Shown one piece after another: positions 1 to 10,048 of a DNA stretch of 64,000 bases; positions within the stretch are counted from its first letter, which is position 1, and every line of letters starts with the position of its first letter. The notes beneath the pieces are model-generated. The model was not told where the DNA came from. It saw only the letters and a program-made list of their open reading frames with translations, and ran no database searches. The translations under genes and the position numbers were made by a program. Origin of the DNA: an uncultured Chloroflexia bacterium (GTDB taxonomy: Bacteria; Chloroflexota; Limnocylindria; Limnocylindrales; CSP1-4); assembly GCA_963809215.1 (NCBI GenBank), contig CAWEIJ010000002.1, positions 1,108,201 through 1,172,200 of the forward strand. Direction: 5' to 3'.

Positions 1-594
1 CGTGAGCTGCGGCTTGAGGTTGAGGTGCGTCGCCACCTGGCCGAACTGGAGGTCGAAGTCGACGATCAGGACGCGGCCGGGCGCCTGGGCGGCAAGGGAC
101 GTCGCCACGCTGACCGCGATCAAGGTCGTGCCCACGCCGCCCTTCGGGCTGAAGCAGGCGATGATGTTGCGGCGGGCGGGACCCTCGTCGTCGGCATGCA
201 CGAGGGGGGCCAGGTCGCGCGACCGCTGGAAGCGGACCAGGAGCGCCTCGACGCGCGCCTCGAGCTCGCGGGCGTCGAACGGCTTCCCGACCACGTCGTC
301 CGCGCCGGCCTCGAGGTAACGGACGCGTTCCTCGACATCGGTCGACTGGCTCATGCACAGGACGGGAACGGCCGAGAGGGAGGCCGTCCGGCGCATCTCG
401 CGGCAGACATCGACCCCGCTGCGCGGACCGGCGCCGACGTCGACGATCACGAGCGCGAAGTCGGCTGCCCGCCGGATCGCGTCGTCCGGGTCGGCCGTCA
501 CCGTCACCTGGTACCCGACGCCGCTCAGCGGGCCCTCGACCGTCGCAGCGGCGACAGGATTCGTCTCGAGGACAAGGATGGTGCTCGACGGCAC
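1..594 (-). CDS. Response-regulator receiver (REC) domain fused to a ParA/MinD-type P-loop ATPase (CpaE/TadZ-like). Only the N-terminal 198 codons are in the window; the gene runs off the left edge.
   Basis: My own minus-strand translation from GTG at 594..592. REC features: TILVLETNPV...FALVIVDVGAG...VVGKPFDARELEARVEALL (acceptor Asp, conserved Lys). This is followed by NIIACFSPKGGVGTTLIAVSVA, the deviant Walker A KGGxGxT. It is absent from the ORF track because it is truncated by the window edge. Confidence 0.7.
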   Translation of the reverse strand, partial: MPSSTILVLETNPVAAATVEGPLSGVGYQVTVTADPDDAIRRAADFALVIVDVGAGPRSGVDVCREMRRTASLSAVPVLCMSQSTDVEERVRYLEAGADDVVGKPFDARELEARVEALLVRFQRSRDLAPLVHADDEGPARRNIIACFSPKGGVGTTLIAVSVATSLAAQAPGRVLIVDFDLQFGQVATHLNLKPQLT

Positions 595-670
595 GCCGGC
601 AGGGACCCTCGATGCGGGTGGTGGACGCCCGAAGGATACATGAGGCGCGCCCGGGCCCGCCCCGCGCCCG

Positions 671-679
671 TGGTAGACT
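671..679 (+). promoter_or_regulatory. Extended -10-like element TGGTAGACT upstream of rpsF
   Basis: An A/T-containing TGnTAnnnT motif in an otherwise GC-rich divergent spacer, about 85 nt before the rpsF ATG. The same 9-mer recurs upstream of rpsB (41197..41205). Confidence 0.35.
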
Positions 680-764
680 CCGCGAGCCCTTTCTGCTCCG
701 CCTGGCGGCCCGGGTTCCGGGGGCCACGAGCGGGGCATACCCCACAGGAAGGAGTCGAACGGCC

Positions 765-1187
765 ATGCGCCGCTACGAACTCATGCTCGTGATCCGGCCC
801 GACGCGCCGGACGACCGCGTCCAGGCGCTCCTGGAGAAGGTCACCCGGCAGATCGCCGGTGCCGGCGGCCAGATCGTCAAGGCGGCCCCGTGGGGCCGTC
901 GCCGCCTCGCCTACCAGATCGACCGGTACCGGGAGGCGTCGTACCACATCATCCACTTCGACGCCCCCGCGGACTCCATCGCCGACCTGGAGCGCACGCT
1001 CCTGATCACGGAGGACGTGATCAGGCATCTCGTCGTCCGGGTCGAGCGACCGCTCAAGGCGGCCCGCGGCAAGGGCGACGACATGGCGGACCTCGTTCCA
1101 GCACCCGACGTCGAGGAGGACGAGGAGCCCGCCGGCGAGCAGATCGACGAGTCCGAGAGCGAAGCCGCTCCCGCCGCGGTCGACTGA
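765..1187 (+). CDS. rpsF: 30S ribosomal protein S6
   Basis: ATG 765 is preceded by AGGAAGGAG (746..754). MRRYELMLVIRPD...WGRRRLAYQI is typical of S6, with an acidic C-tail. Canonical rpsF-ssb-rpsR order. Confidence 0.95.
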   Translation: MRRYELMLVIRPDAPDDRVQALLEKVTRQIAGAGGQIVKAAPWGRRRLAYQIDRYREASYHIIHFDAPADSIADLERTLLITEDVIRHLVVRVERPLKAARGKGDDMADLVPAPDVEEDEEPAGEQIDESESEAAPAAVD

Positions 1188-1211
1188 CCAGGGTCCAGGA
1201 GGTCGTTTCCC

Positions 1212-1676
1212 GTGTCCCTGAACAAGGTGATGATCATCGGGAACCTCGGGCGTGATCCCGAGATGCGGTACACGCCGGGCGGCCAGGCCGTGACGCAGTT
1301 CACGGTTGCCGTCAACCGGAACTACAAGGGCCAGGATGGCGCCTGGCAGGAAGAGACCGAGTGGTTCCGGGTGGTTGCCTGGGCCCAGCTGGCCGAGCGC
1401 ACCGCCGAGAACCTTCGCAAGGGCATGAAGGTCTACGTCGAGGGCCGTCTCCAGACCCGGCAGTGGGAAGACCAGCAGGGCCAGAAGCGGTACACGACGG
1501 AGCTCATCGCCAACCAGGTCACCAACCTCGACCGCCGCCCGCGCGAGGAGGGCGCCGATGCGCCGCCGTTCCCGGGCGAACCCCGCCCGGCGGGCGCGAC
1601 CGTCTCGCCGATCCGGCGACCCGAACCGGCCACCGGGGACGACGCCCCGTCCGACATCGACGACCTCCCGTTCTGA
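1212..1676 (+). CDS. ssb: Single-stranded DNA-binding protein
   Basis: OB-fold N-terminus MSLNKVMIIGNLGRDPEMRYTPGG...WFRVVAW, a Pro/Gly-rich linker, and the acidic C-terminal tip DIDDLPF. GTG start. Confidence 0.95.
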   Translation: MSLNKVMIIGNLGRDPEMRYTPGGQAVTQFTVAVNRNYKGQDGAWQEETEWFRVVAWAQLAERTAENLRKGMKVYVEGRLQTRQWEDQQGQKRYTTELIANQVTNLDRRPREEGADAPPFPGEPRPAGATVSPIRRPEPATGDDAPSDIDDLPF

Positions 1677-1748
1677 CAGACGACCCGGGCCCATGTCGCA
1701 CCGGCTGGGCCCGCGACCACAGGACCCGCGACCACAGGAGTTGACAGC

Positions 1749-2015
1749 ATGCCTCCCGTAGCCCGCAAGAAGCGTGACGACTACTACCGCGACCGACGCC
1801 GCAGGAAGGTCTGTGCCTTCTGCGCGGACAAGACGGTCCAGATCGACTACAAGGAGGTCAGCCGCCTTCGACGCTACCTTTCCGAGCGAGCGAAGATCGA
1901 GCCGCGCCGAAAGACGGGCACCTGCGCCGCGCACCAGCGAGAGCTGTCGGTCGCGCTGAAGCGAGCCCGCCTGGTCGCCCTGCTGCCGTACGCGCCCCAG
2001 CACCTTCGCCCCTGA
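1749..2015 (+). CDS. rpsR: 30S ribosomal protein S18
   Basis: [47 protein letters not shown] matches the S18 core. It follows ssb. Confidence 0.95.
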   Translation: MPPVARKKRDDYYRDRRRRKVCAFCADKTVQIDYKEVSRLRRYLSERAKIEPRRKTGTCAAHQRELSVALKRARLVALLPYAPQHLRP

Positions 2016-2170
2016 CCCGGGCGCCATGACGGAGCAGGGGACGGCCGCGTCGTCGTAGAGGCGCTCACCGCCCGGGCTGGCCGACGGCACGGTCCGGCCG
2101 AGCCGGGGGCGCCACGAGCCACGATCGGCCGGCATCGAGCGCGATCGGCCGGCGCCGGTGGGACGGACGG

Positions 2171-2176
2171 TATACT
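2171..2176 (+). promoter_or_regulatory. -10-like hexamer TATACT upstream of ilvE
   Basis: An isolated TATACT(CG) about 60 nt before the ilvE ATG. RBS AGGGAG at 2222..2227. Confidence 0.3.
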
Positions 2177-2237
2177 CGGGTGCGTCCGCGGGCCCGCCGG
2201 GTCGCCGCGGCGACCACCCTGCAGGGAGCCCGATCGG

Positions 2238-3224
2238 ATGATCACCGAGAAGCCCGCCGCCGTGGCGGCGCCCGCCGCGCGGGCCGCCGGCGTGCCCGCC
2301 GACCCCACCACGCTCGTCTGCCTGTTCGAGGGCCGCTACGTCCCGCTCGCAGAGGCGAACGTCAGCATCATGACCCACGCGTTCATGTACGGAACGGCGG
2401 TCTTCGAGGGGATCCGGGCGTACTGGAACGAGGACCAGGGCCAGCTCTACGCGCTCAAGGTTCGGGAGCACATGGAGCGGATCCGGAACTCCTGCAAGAT
2501 CATGCTCATGGACGACGTGCCGTCCGTGGACCAGCTCACGGCCGAGGTCGTGGAGGTCCTTCGGCGGAACGCGTTCCGCGAGGATGCGTACATCCGGCCT
2601 TCGTTCTACAAGAGCACCCAGGCGATCGGGGTGAAGCTCCACGGGCTGGAGCATCGCTACTACATCCTGGCGATCCCGTTCGGCGACTACGTGGACACGA
2701 ACGTGGGCGTGAAGATCGGGACGGTCTCCTGGCGGCGGACCGCGGATCCGGCCATCCCGTCGCGCGCAAAGATCGTCGGCTCGTACGTCAACCCCGCCTT
2801 CAGCAAGAGCGAGGCGATGCTCAACGGCTTCGACGAGGCGCTGGTCCTGTCCGACGACGGCCACGTGTCCGAAGGCTCCGCGGAGAACATCTTCGTCGTC
2901 CGGGACGGCGTCCTGGTCACGCCACCGGTCTCCGACGACATCCTCGAGGGCATCACGCGGGCGGGCATCATGGAGGTCTGCGCCGATCTCGGCCTGCGCG
3001 TCGTGGAGCGCTCGATCGACCGGTCCGAGGTCTACATCGCGGACGAGGCCTTCTTCTGCGGCACCGGCGCCCAGATCAGCCCGATCATCGAGGTCGATCA
3101 CCGGAAGGTTGGCGCGGGAGCCGTCGGCCCGATCACGGCGCGGGTCAAGGACCGCTACTTCGAGATCGTCCGCGGCAACGTGCCGGCCTACCGGCACTGG
3201 GTCACGCCGATCTACCCGCGCTGA
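2238..3224 (+). CDS. ilvE: Branched-chain amino acid aminotransferase (class IV)
   Basis: 328 aa. YGTAVFEGIRAY, SYVNPAFSKSEA and EGSAENIFVV...GITR blocks are typical of IlvE. Confidence 0.9.
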   Translation: MITEKPAAVAAPAARAAGVPADPTTLVCLFEGRYVPLAEANVSIMTHAFMYGTAVFEGIRAYWNEDQGQLYALKVREHMERIRNSCKIMLMDDVPSVDQLTAEVVEVLRRNAFREDAYIRPSFYKSTQAIGVKLHGLEHRYYILAIPFGDYVDTNVGVKIGTVSWRRTADPAIPSRAKIVGSYVNPAFSKSEAMLNGFDEALVLSDDGHVSEGSAENIFVVRDGVLVTPPVSDDILEGITRAGIMEVCADLGLRVVERSIDRSEVYIADEAFFCGTGAQISPIIEVDHRKVGAGAVGPITARVKDRYFEIVRGNVPAYRHWVTPIYPR

Positions 3225-3255
3225 GCCCTCGCGCCCGGGCGGGCGCGCCTCGCCC

Positions 3256-5051
3256 TCACGGGATGGCCGGCGCCTCGAGCGTCGGTGTCCTGGCTCCGGT
3301 CGTGATGATCACGTCAACCTTCACGGCGGGGTCCGTCACCGGCACGACGGGGACGCCGAACACGTTCGCCAAGAGGGCCATGGTCAGCGGCATCTTTGCT
3401 GCGGCGCCGTTGTAGACGCGAATGACGGTGTCATTCGGGACCTTTCCCGGCGGGGGCGCCTGGTTGGGCGCCGATGCCGCCACGCCCCGGAAGTCCAGGT
3501 AGCCCGCGACGGCGGCGGCTGTCCCGTTCGCGCCCGTCCCGTTGAGGACCCAGACCCCCGCGCCCTCCTGGGCCACTGCCTGGCGCTGTGCCTCCACGCG
3601 CGGGTCGAAGTCGAACGCGCCCGCCACGGCGGCGCGGATGCGGGGGACATTCGGGCTCAGCTGGTAGATGCCGCCGGGGTAGCCCTCGACCCCGTAGTAG
3701 GGCGGCGAGAAGACGAACGACCGGACGTTGGCGATGTCGATCTTGCTCGCGAGGTCGATCAGCTGGGGGAGCTTGCCGATCGGGAAGTCGGTCTTGACCG
3801 CCTGCGACGTGCTCTGGACGAGATCGGGGAGGCGCTGGATCAGGGTCGCGAAGTCGGCCTGCTGGCGCAGCGACAGGAGGACGCGCTGCTGACGGGACGC
3901 GCGGTCGAAGTCGCTCGAGCCGTGGCGCGAGCGCGCGTAGACGAGCGCCTGGCTGCCCGTCATGTGCTGGACCCCGGTCTGGATGTAGACCCGGATCGTC
4001 CCCTTCTCGCCGGGGTAGTAGTCGTCGACGACCGGCACCTGCACGTTCACCGTGACGCCGCCGAGGGCGTCCACGACGGTCTTGAAGCCGGTGAAGTCGA
4101 CCTCCACGAAGTAGCTGATCGGGATCCCGTAGAGATACCCGAGGGTGTCCTTGAGCGCCTCGTAGCCGCCACCGGGGAACAGGTCAGGGCGGGCCCGCGC
4201 CTGCAGGAAGAGGGAGTTGATCTTCAGGTTGTAGGTCGCCCCGAACGTCGGCGCGGGCCGGGATCGGCGGGAGCGGGACGCCCACGGTGTCGCGCGGGAG
4301 GCTGAACATCGCCACCTGGTGGGAGGCGGGATCGATGCTCGCCACGATCAGCGTGTCGGTGTTCCAGGTCCCCTCGTTCGGCCGCTTGTCGGTCCCGATG
4401 AGCAGGACGTTGAGGCGCCCGGTCCCGTTCCAGGGGACGAGCGATGGCGCCGCGGTCGCGCCGCCCGTCGCGTCCGTCGCCGACGGCGACGGGATGGCCG
4501 AGGCGCCGGGGCCGATCGACGAATCCGGTGACGCCGACGCCGCGATCGCCGGCTCCCGTGTCGGTCGGGTTGAAGATGTTCTGGACCGCGGTCAGGGCCT
4601 GGAGGTCGTAGTAGGCGACCGCGGCGTGGGCGCCGCCCATGACGAGGATGACCGACAGGAGGCCCGCCACGGAGATCGGGGCCAGCGTCGCGCGAGCCGG
4701 CCCGAGCCGGCCCGCGCCGCCCTCCGACACCCGGTTCAGGTACCGCACGACCCGGTACGCGTCGACCGCGGCGACGATCCGGTACCCGTAGGCGACGACG
4801 TTGCCGACCAGGATCGCGATGAGGACGGGCGGCTGGAGCGCAACGCCGAGGATCTCGATGTTGTAGCTGATCATCGCGCCCGCGAGCAGGGCGAGGAGCA
4901 GGAACGGCGCTGCCGCGAACGCCACGGCGCGATACCACGCCCGGGCGTAGGCGTGGCCGAGGCCGGGGAAGATCAGGCTGAGGAACGCCGCCGTGAACGC
5001 CGATCGTGCGCGCGGGCGCGGTCGCGGGCGTGCTTCCTGCTGCTGCTGCAT
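3256..5051 (-). CDS. LytR-CpsA-Psr (LCP) family cell-envelope phosphotransferase with a multi-TM N-terminus. The reading frame is broken twice in this sequence.
   Basis: Three consecutive minus-strand frames. (a) MQQQQEARPR...TM helices...AVQNIFNPTD (frame of ORF 4224..5174). (b) ...LVPWNGTGRLNVLLIGTDKRPNEGTWNTDTLIVASIDPASHQVAMFSLPRDTVGVP. (c) FGATYNLKINSLF...YFVEVDFTGFKTVVDALGG... plus a LytR_C-like tail (ORF 3256..4107). Length is 3n+2, consistent with two extra bases. Confidence 0.8.
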
Positions 5052-5164
5052 CGCGGGTAGGATACGGGGAACCTCCGTGGGGCGTGTCCGCAGCCGTGTG
5101 ACGGCCATCCGGGCCGGCACGACGCTCGTGCTCCCGCGGCCCACAGACCCGCATCCGAGGCCAG

Positions 5165-8100
5165 ATGTTCGCACCCGTCGCCAGCAAGCCCGATCTCGTC
5201 GCCCAGGAGCACGAGATCCTCGCCCTCTGGCGCGAGCGCCGGACGTTCGCCCGCCTGCGCGCCCAGAACGCCGGTGGGCCGCGCTGGAGCTTCCTCGACG
5301 GGCCGATCACGGCCAACAACCCCATGGGCGTCCACCACGCCTGGGGCCGCACCTACAAGGACGTCTTCCAGCGGTTCCACGCCATGCGCGGCGAGGACCA
5401 GCGCTGGCAGAACGGCTTCGACTGCCAGGGCCTCTGGGTGGAGGTCAACGTCGAGCGTGACCTCGGCTTCACCTCCAAGCGCGACATCGAGGAGCACGGC
5501 ATCGCGGAGTTCGTGCGCCTCTGCAAGCAGCGGGTGCTCACCTTCGCGGCGCGCCAGACGGAGCAGTCGATCCGGCTGGGCTACTGGATGGACTGGAACG
5601 ACCCGGACGAGCTCCTCCGGCTGCGCGACCTGCTCGGCGCCGACCCGGCGGCGGAGGCGACCCTGGCCGGCCCGCTGGGTCCCGTGACCGACCGCGTGGA
5701 GATGCTCGTCGGCCGGCTCGGGATGCCGGAGCTCGGCGGGTCCTACTTCACGTTCAGCAACGAGAACAACGACCTGATCTGGGGGTTCCTTGCCGAGTGC
5801 CACCGGCGCGGCTGGCTCTACAAGGGCCACGACACGATGCCGTGGTGCGCCCGCTGCGGGACCGGGATCAGCCAGCACGAGATGACCGAGGGGTACGCGG
5901 ACCGTACCGACCCCGGCCTCACGGTCCGCCTCCCGCTTCTCGACCGGCCCGGCGAGGCCCTGCTCGCATGGACGACGACCCCCTGGACGCTCACCTCCAA
6001 CGTCGCGGCCGCGGTGGGGCCCGGGCTTCGCTACGTGAAGGTGCGCCAGGGGGACAGCGTCTTCTGGCTGGGCCGGGGGACGCTGCGCCAGGCCCTCGTG
6101 GGCCCGTTCGAGATCCTCGAGGAGCGCCCCGGCTCGGACCTGGTCGGGTGGCGCTATCGCGGCCCGTTCGACGAGCTGCCGGCCGTCCGGGCCGCGTTCG
6201 CCGGCCACGGTCCCGACGGGGCCCCGTACGAGCACCGGGTGATCCCGTGGGACGAGGTCGGCGAGGACGAGGGGACCGGGATCGTCCACATCGCGCCGGG
6301 CTGCGGGGCCGAGGACTTCGCCCTCGGGAAGGCGCTCGGACTGCCGATGCTCGCCCCGCTGGACGAGAGCGGGATCTTCATCGACGGCTTCGGGTTCCTG
6401 GCCGGACGTGACGTCCGGGACAGCGCCGACCCGGTCGTGGAGCACCTGCGCCATCACGGGCTCTTCTACCGGCTGGAGCCGATCGTCCACCGCTACCCGC
6501 ACTGCTGGCGCTGCGGCACGCCCCTCGTCTTCCGGCTGGTCGACGAGTGGTTCGTGAGCATGGGACCGGTCTACGACGTGCCGCGGGACCAGCTCACGCG
6601 GGAGCAGGTCGACGCGAGCCTGCGCTACCAGATCATGGACGTCGTGGATCGCATCCGCTGGCTGCCGTCCTTCGGATACGAGCGGGAGCTCGACTGGCTC
6701 CTCAACATGCACGACTGGATGATCAGCAAGAAGCGCTACTGGGGGCTGGCGCTGCCGATCTACGACTGTGCCGCCTGCGGCCACTTCGACGTGGTCGGGG
6801 GACGCGAGGAGCTGCGCGCGCGTGCCGTTGATGGCTGGGACCAGCTCGATGGGCACACCGCCCACCGCCCCTACGTCGACGCGGTCCGGATCGCCTGCTC
6901 CGGCTGCGGCGCGCCGGTCTCGCGGATCCTCGACGTCGGCAATCCCTGGCTCGACGCCGGGATCGTCCCGTTCTCGACGCTCCACTACCGCGAGGACCCG
7001 GCGTTCTGGCAACAATGGTTCCCGGCCGACTTCATCACCGAGAGCTTCCCCGGCCAGTTCCGGAACTGGTTCTACTCGATGCTCGCCATGAGCACGGTGC
7101 TGCGCCGCGAGCCGCCGTTCACCACGATCTTCGGCTACGCGACGCTCTTCGGCGAGGACGGGCGCCCCATGCACAAGAGCTGGGGCAACGCCATCGAGTT
7201 CGACGAGGCGGCCGAGCGGATGGGCGTCGACGTCATGCGCTGGATGTATGCGAAGGCCCGCCCGGACGACAACATCCTCTTCGGCTGGCACGCGGCCGAC
7301 GAGGCGCGACGCGAGCTGCTGGTGCTGTGGAACGTCTATGCATTCCTGGTCACGTACGCGCGGCTGGCGGGCTGGTCGCCGGGCGCCGATGCGGCGACGG
7401 CTCCCGACCCGTCGCGCGTCGCGGGCCGGCCCCCGCTCGACCGCTGGATCCTCTCGCGGCTTGCCGGTGTCGCCGCCCGGGTCGAGGATCGGCTGGCCAA
7501 CTACGACCCGGACGCCGCCGCGGGCGCGATCTCCGGCTTCATCGACGACCTCTCGACGTGGTACCTCCGACGCAACCGGAAGCGGTTCTCGCGCTCGGAT
7601 GACCTCGCCGACCGCGACGCGGCCTTCTCGACGCTCCACGCCGCGCTGTCCGGGCTGTCGCGGGTGATGGCGCCGCTCCTCCCGTTCCTGACCGAGGCGA
7701 TCCACCAGAATCTTGTCGTGGCGGCGGGGCTGGACGCACCCGCATCCGTCCACCTCACGCGCTGGCCGGCAGCGGAGCTGGCGCCCCTCCGGGATGCGGC
7801 CCTGGAGGCCGCGACCGCCCTCGCCAAGCGCGCGGTCGAGCTGGCACGCACGCTCCGTTCGCAGGCCGGCCTCAGGACGCGCCAGCCGCTGGCTCGGCTG
7901 TGGATCGCGCTCCCCGGGGACGCGCACCCGGAGCTGGACCTGCTCCTCGACGTGGTCGCTGACGAGGTCAACGTCAAGGAGGTCATCCGGATCGGCGACG
8001 AATCGGATCTCGTCGAGCGGCGAATCAAGCCGCTCCTGCCGAAGATCGGCCGGAAGCTCGGCAGCGCGATCCCCGCCGTGATGGCCGCGGCACGCGCGGG

Positions 8101-8551
8101 CGACTTCGAGGTCCGCAAAGACGGCAGCGTCGCCCTCGCGGGCGTCGTGCTGGCGCCGGACGAGGTGGAGATCATGGCCTCCCCACGACCTGGCACCGCC
8201 GTTGCGCACGACGAGGGGCTCGTGGTCGTGATCGATACCGAGCTCACGGACGCGCTGCGCGCCGAGGGCGATGCCCGGGAGCTGCAGCGGGCGGTCCAGG
8301 ACCTGCGTCGCGACGCGGCCCTCGAGCTCGACGACCGGATCGAGCTGGTCGCGGACCTCGGCCCGGATGCCGCGCGGATCCGCCCGTATCTCGACGCGAT
8401 TGCCTCCGAGACGCTCGCGGACGCGGTCAGCCTCGGCGCCCTCCCGGCCGGATGGGCCCAGGCGAGCCTGAAGCTGTCCGGAGGCGGCGAGGCCACGATC
8501 GCGCTCCGCCGCATCGTCCGCGTGGAGCGCCCGGAACCGGCGAATGCCTGA
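5165..8551 (+). CDS. ileS: Isoleucine--tRNA ligase (long, type-2-like form)
   Basis: 1128 aa, intact. HIGH region PMGVHHAWGRT, KMSKS-like region RPMHKSWGN, and a CP1 editing insertion. Confidence 0.96.
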   Translation: MFAPVASKPDLVAQEHEILALWRERRTFARLRAQNAGGPRWSFLDGPITANNPMGVHHAWGRTYKDVFQRFHAMRGEDQRWQNGFDCQGLWVEVNVERDLGFTSKRDIEEHGIAEFVRLCKQRVLTFAARQTEQSIRLGYWMDWNDPDELLRLRDLLGADPAAEATLAGPLGPVTDRVEMLVGRLGMPELGGSYFTFSNENNDLIWGFLAECHRRGWLYKGHDTMPWCARCGTGISQHEMTEGYADRTDPGLTVRLPLLDRPGEALLAWTTTPWTLTSNVAAAVGPGLRYVKVRQGDSVFWLGRGTLRQALVGPFEILEERPGSDLVGWRYRGPFDELPAVRAAFAGHGPDGAPYEHRVIPWDEVGEDEGTGIVHIAPGCGAEDFALGKALGLPMLAPLDESGIFIDGFGFLAGRDVRDSADPVVEHLRHHGLFYRLEPIVHRYPHCWRCGTPLVFRLVDEWFVSMGPVYDVPRDQLTREQVDASLRYQIMDVVDRIRWLPSFGYERELDWLLNMHDWMISKKRYWGLALPIYDCAACGHFDVVGGREELRARAVDGWDQLDGHTAHRPYVDAVRIACSGCGAPVSRILDVGNPWLDAGIVPFSTLHYREDPAFWQQWFPADFITESFPGQFRNWFYSMLAMSTVLRREPPFTTIFGYATLFGEDGRPMHKSWGNAIEFDEAAERMGVDVMRWMYAKARPDDNILFGWHAADEARRELLVLWNVYAFLVTYARLAGWSPGADAATAPDPSRVAGRPPLDRWILSRLAGVAARVEDRLANYDPDAAAGAISGFIDDLSTWYLRRNRKRFSRSDDLADRDAAFSTLHAALSGLSRVMAPLLPFLTEAIHQNLVVAAGLDAPASVHLTRWPAAELAPLRDAALEAATALAKRAVELARTLRSQAGLRTRQPLARLWIALPGDAHPELDLLLDVVADEVNVKEVIRIGDESDLVERRIKPLLPKIGRKLGSAIPAVMAAARAGDFEVRKDGSVALAGVVLAPDEVEIMASPRPGTAVAHDEGLVVVIDTELTDALRAEGDARELQRAVQDLRRDAALELDDRIELVADLGPDAARIRPYLDAIASETLADAVSLGALPAGWAQASLKLSGGGEATIALRRIVRVERPEPANA

Positions 8552-9089
8552 CGCGGTCTCGTCCGCTGCGCCGGGCCAGGTCCCGGACCGGACGCCGCTC
8601 CGAACGTCGCACCACTGGGTGGCGTTCCTGGCCCTCGCCGGCGGGATCGTCGTCGTCGACCAGGTCGTGAAGCAGTGGGTGCTCGCCACCGTCGCGTTCG
8701 GGACGCGGATGGCGATCGTGGGCGACTATGTCCGCATCGAGCCCGTCCAGAACAGCGGCGCCCTCTTCGGGCTTTTCGGGAACCAGGCCTACCTCTTCGC
8801 GGCGCTCAGCATCGGCGTCGTCGGCCTGATCATCTGGTTCCACGGGCGGTCGGTCGTCACGAACGGCTGGTTCGCGACGCTGGCCCTCGGCCTCCTGCTG
8901 GGGGGAGCGGTCGGCAACCTCGCGGACCGGCTCCGGCTCGGCTACGTCGTCGACTTCGTCAACATGGGAATCGGCGACCTGCGCTTCTACACGTACAACG
9001 TGGCCGACGCTGCGATCAGCAGCGCGCTCGTCCTGCTGATCCTGATGGCCTTCTGGCCGTCGCCCCGCCGCCCCTGGCTCGCCGGATGA
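8544..9089 (+). CDS. lspA: Lipoprotein signal peptidase (signal peptidase II)
   Basis: A four-TM protein with NSGALFGLF and GYVVDFV...NVADAAI blocks. Overlaps the ileS stop by 8 nt. Conserved ileS-lspA-rluD order. Confidence 0.9.
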   Translation: MPDAVSSAAPGQVPDRTPLRTSHHWVAFLALAGGIVVVDQVVKQWVLATVAFGTRMAIVGDYVRIEPVQNSGALFGLFGNQAYLFAALSIGVVGLIIWFHGRSVVTNGWFATLALGLLLGGAVGNLADRLRLGYVVDFVNMGIGDLRFYTYNVADAAISSALVLLILMAFWPSPRRPWLAG

Positions 9090-10048
9090 CGGAGCTCCGC
9101 CTGGTCGTCCCGGATGGCTCGGGAGGGCGCGTGGACCGCGTCGCCTCGGACCTGTCGGGCCTCTCGCGGAGCCGGGTCCAGCGCCTGATCACCGAGGGGC
9201 ACCTCACGGTCGACGGGCTGACCCTGAAGGCTCGATCCGTCGTGCGGGCCGGCGCAACGCTCGACCTGTTCGTCCCGGCGGTCGAGCCGGCCGACGTCGA
9301 ACCCGAGGCGATCCCGCTCGAGGTCCTCTACGAGGACGAGGACGTCCTCGTCGTCAACAAGCCGGCCGGCCTCGTGGTCCACCCGTCGCCGGGCCACTGG
9401 AGCGGGACGATGGTCAACGCGCTCCTGGCCCGCGACACCGAGTACGGAGGAATCGCGGGCGTCGCCCGGCCCGGGATCGTGCATCGCCTCGACCGCGACA
9501 CGTCCGGCCTGATCATGGTCGCCAAGACCGACAGCGCGCAGGCGAGCCTCATGGCGCAGCTCAAGGCGCGCCGCGTGAAGAAGACCTACCTGGCGCTCGT
9601 CCACGGGAACGTGGAGGCCGCCGCCGGCCGGATCGAGGCGCCGATCGGGCGCGACCCGCGGCAGCGGACCCGGATGGCCGTGGTCCCCGACGGCCGTCCA
9701 TCGGTGACCGGGTACCGCGTCCGCGAGCGCTTCCGAGGCTGGACGCTGCTCGACGTGGACCTCGTGACCGGCCGCACGCACCAGATCCGCGTCCACCTGG
9801 CCGCGCTTGGCCACGGGGTTGCGGGCGACCCGGTCTACGGGACGGGGACGTCGCGGCGCGGCCCGGACGGCCTGGAGCGGCTCTTCCTCCACGCCTGGCG
9901 GATCGTCTTCGCGTCACCCGGGACGGGCGACCTCGTGCGGGTGGAGGCGCCGCTCCCGGCGGCGCTCGACGGCGTCCTGGACCGACTCCGCGCGATCGCG
10001 ACCGGCGCGCCGGGGACCGCAGGACCCGACCCCGGTCACGCGCGATGA
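9086..10048 (+). CDS. rluD: 23S rRNA pseudouridine synthase, RluA/RluD family
   Basis: ATGA overlap with the lspA stop. S4-like N-terminus, catalytic HRLDRDTSGLIMVAK, and GRTHQIRVHL. Confidence 0.9.
   Translation: MTELRLVVPDGSGGRVDRVASDLSGLSRSRVQRLITEGHLTVDGLTLKARSVVRAGATLDLFVPAVEPADVEPEAIPLEVLYEDEDVLVVNKPAGLVVHPSPGHWSGTMVNALLARDTEYGGIAGVARPGIVHRLDRDTSGLIMVAKTDSAQASLMAQLKARRVKKTYLALVHGNVEAAAGRIEAPIGRDPRQRTRMAVVPDGRPSVTGYRVRERFRGWTLLDVDLVTGRTHQIRVHLAALGHGVAGDPVYGTGTSRRGPDGLERLFLHAWRIVFASPGTGDLVRVEAPLPAALDGVLDRLRAIATGAPGTAGPDPGHAR

Noticed and set aside
2180-3415. ORF 2180..3415(+) (411 aa) and ORF 3109..4305(+) overlapping ilvE and the LCP gene.
   Set aside because: They are Arg/Gly/Pro-rich out-of-frame shadows of ilvE (2238..3224) and of the minus-strand LCP gene, with no recognisable domains.
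5052-5164. A T-box or other riboswitch leader upstream of ileS.
   Set aside because: The spacer is only about 110 nt. I could not find the conserved T-box sequence (…GGGUGGNACCGCG…) or a specifier-loop arrangement. Part of the spacer may also be LCP coding or promoter sequence on the other strand.
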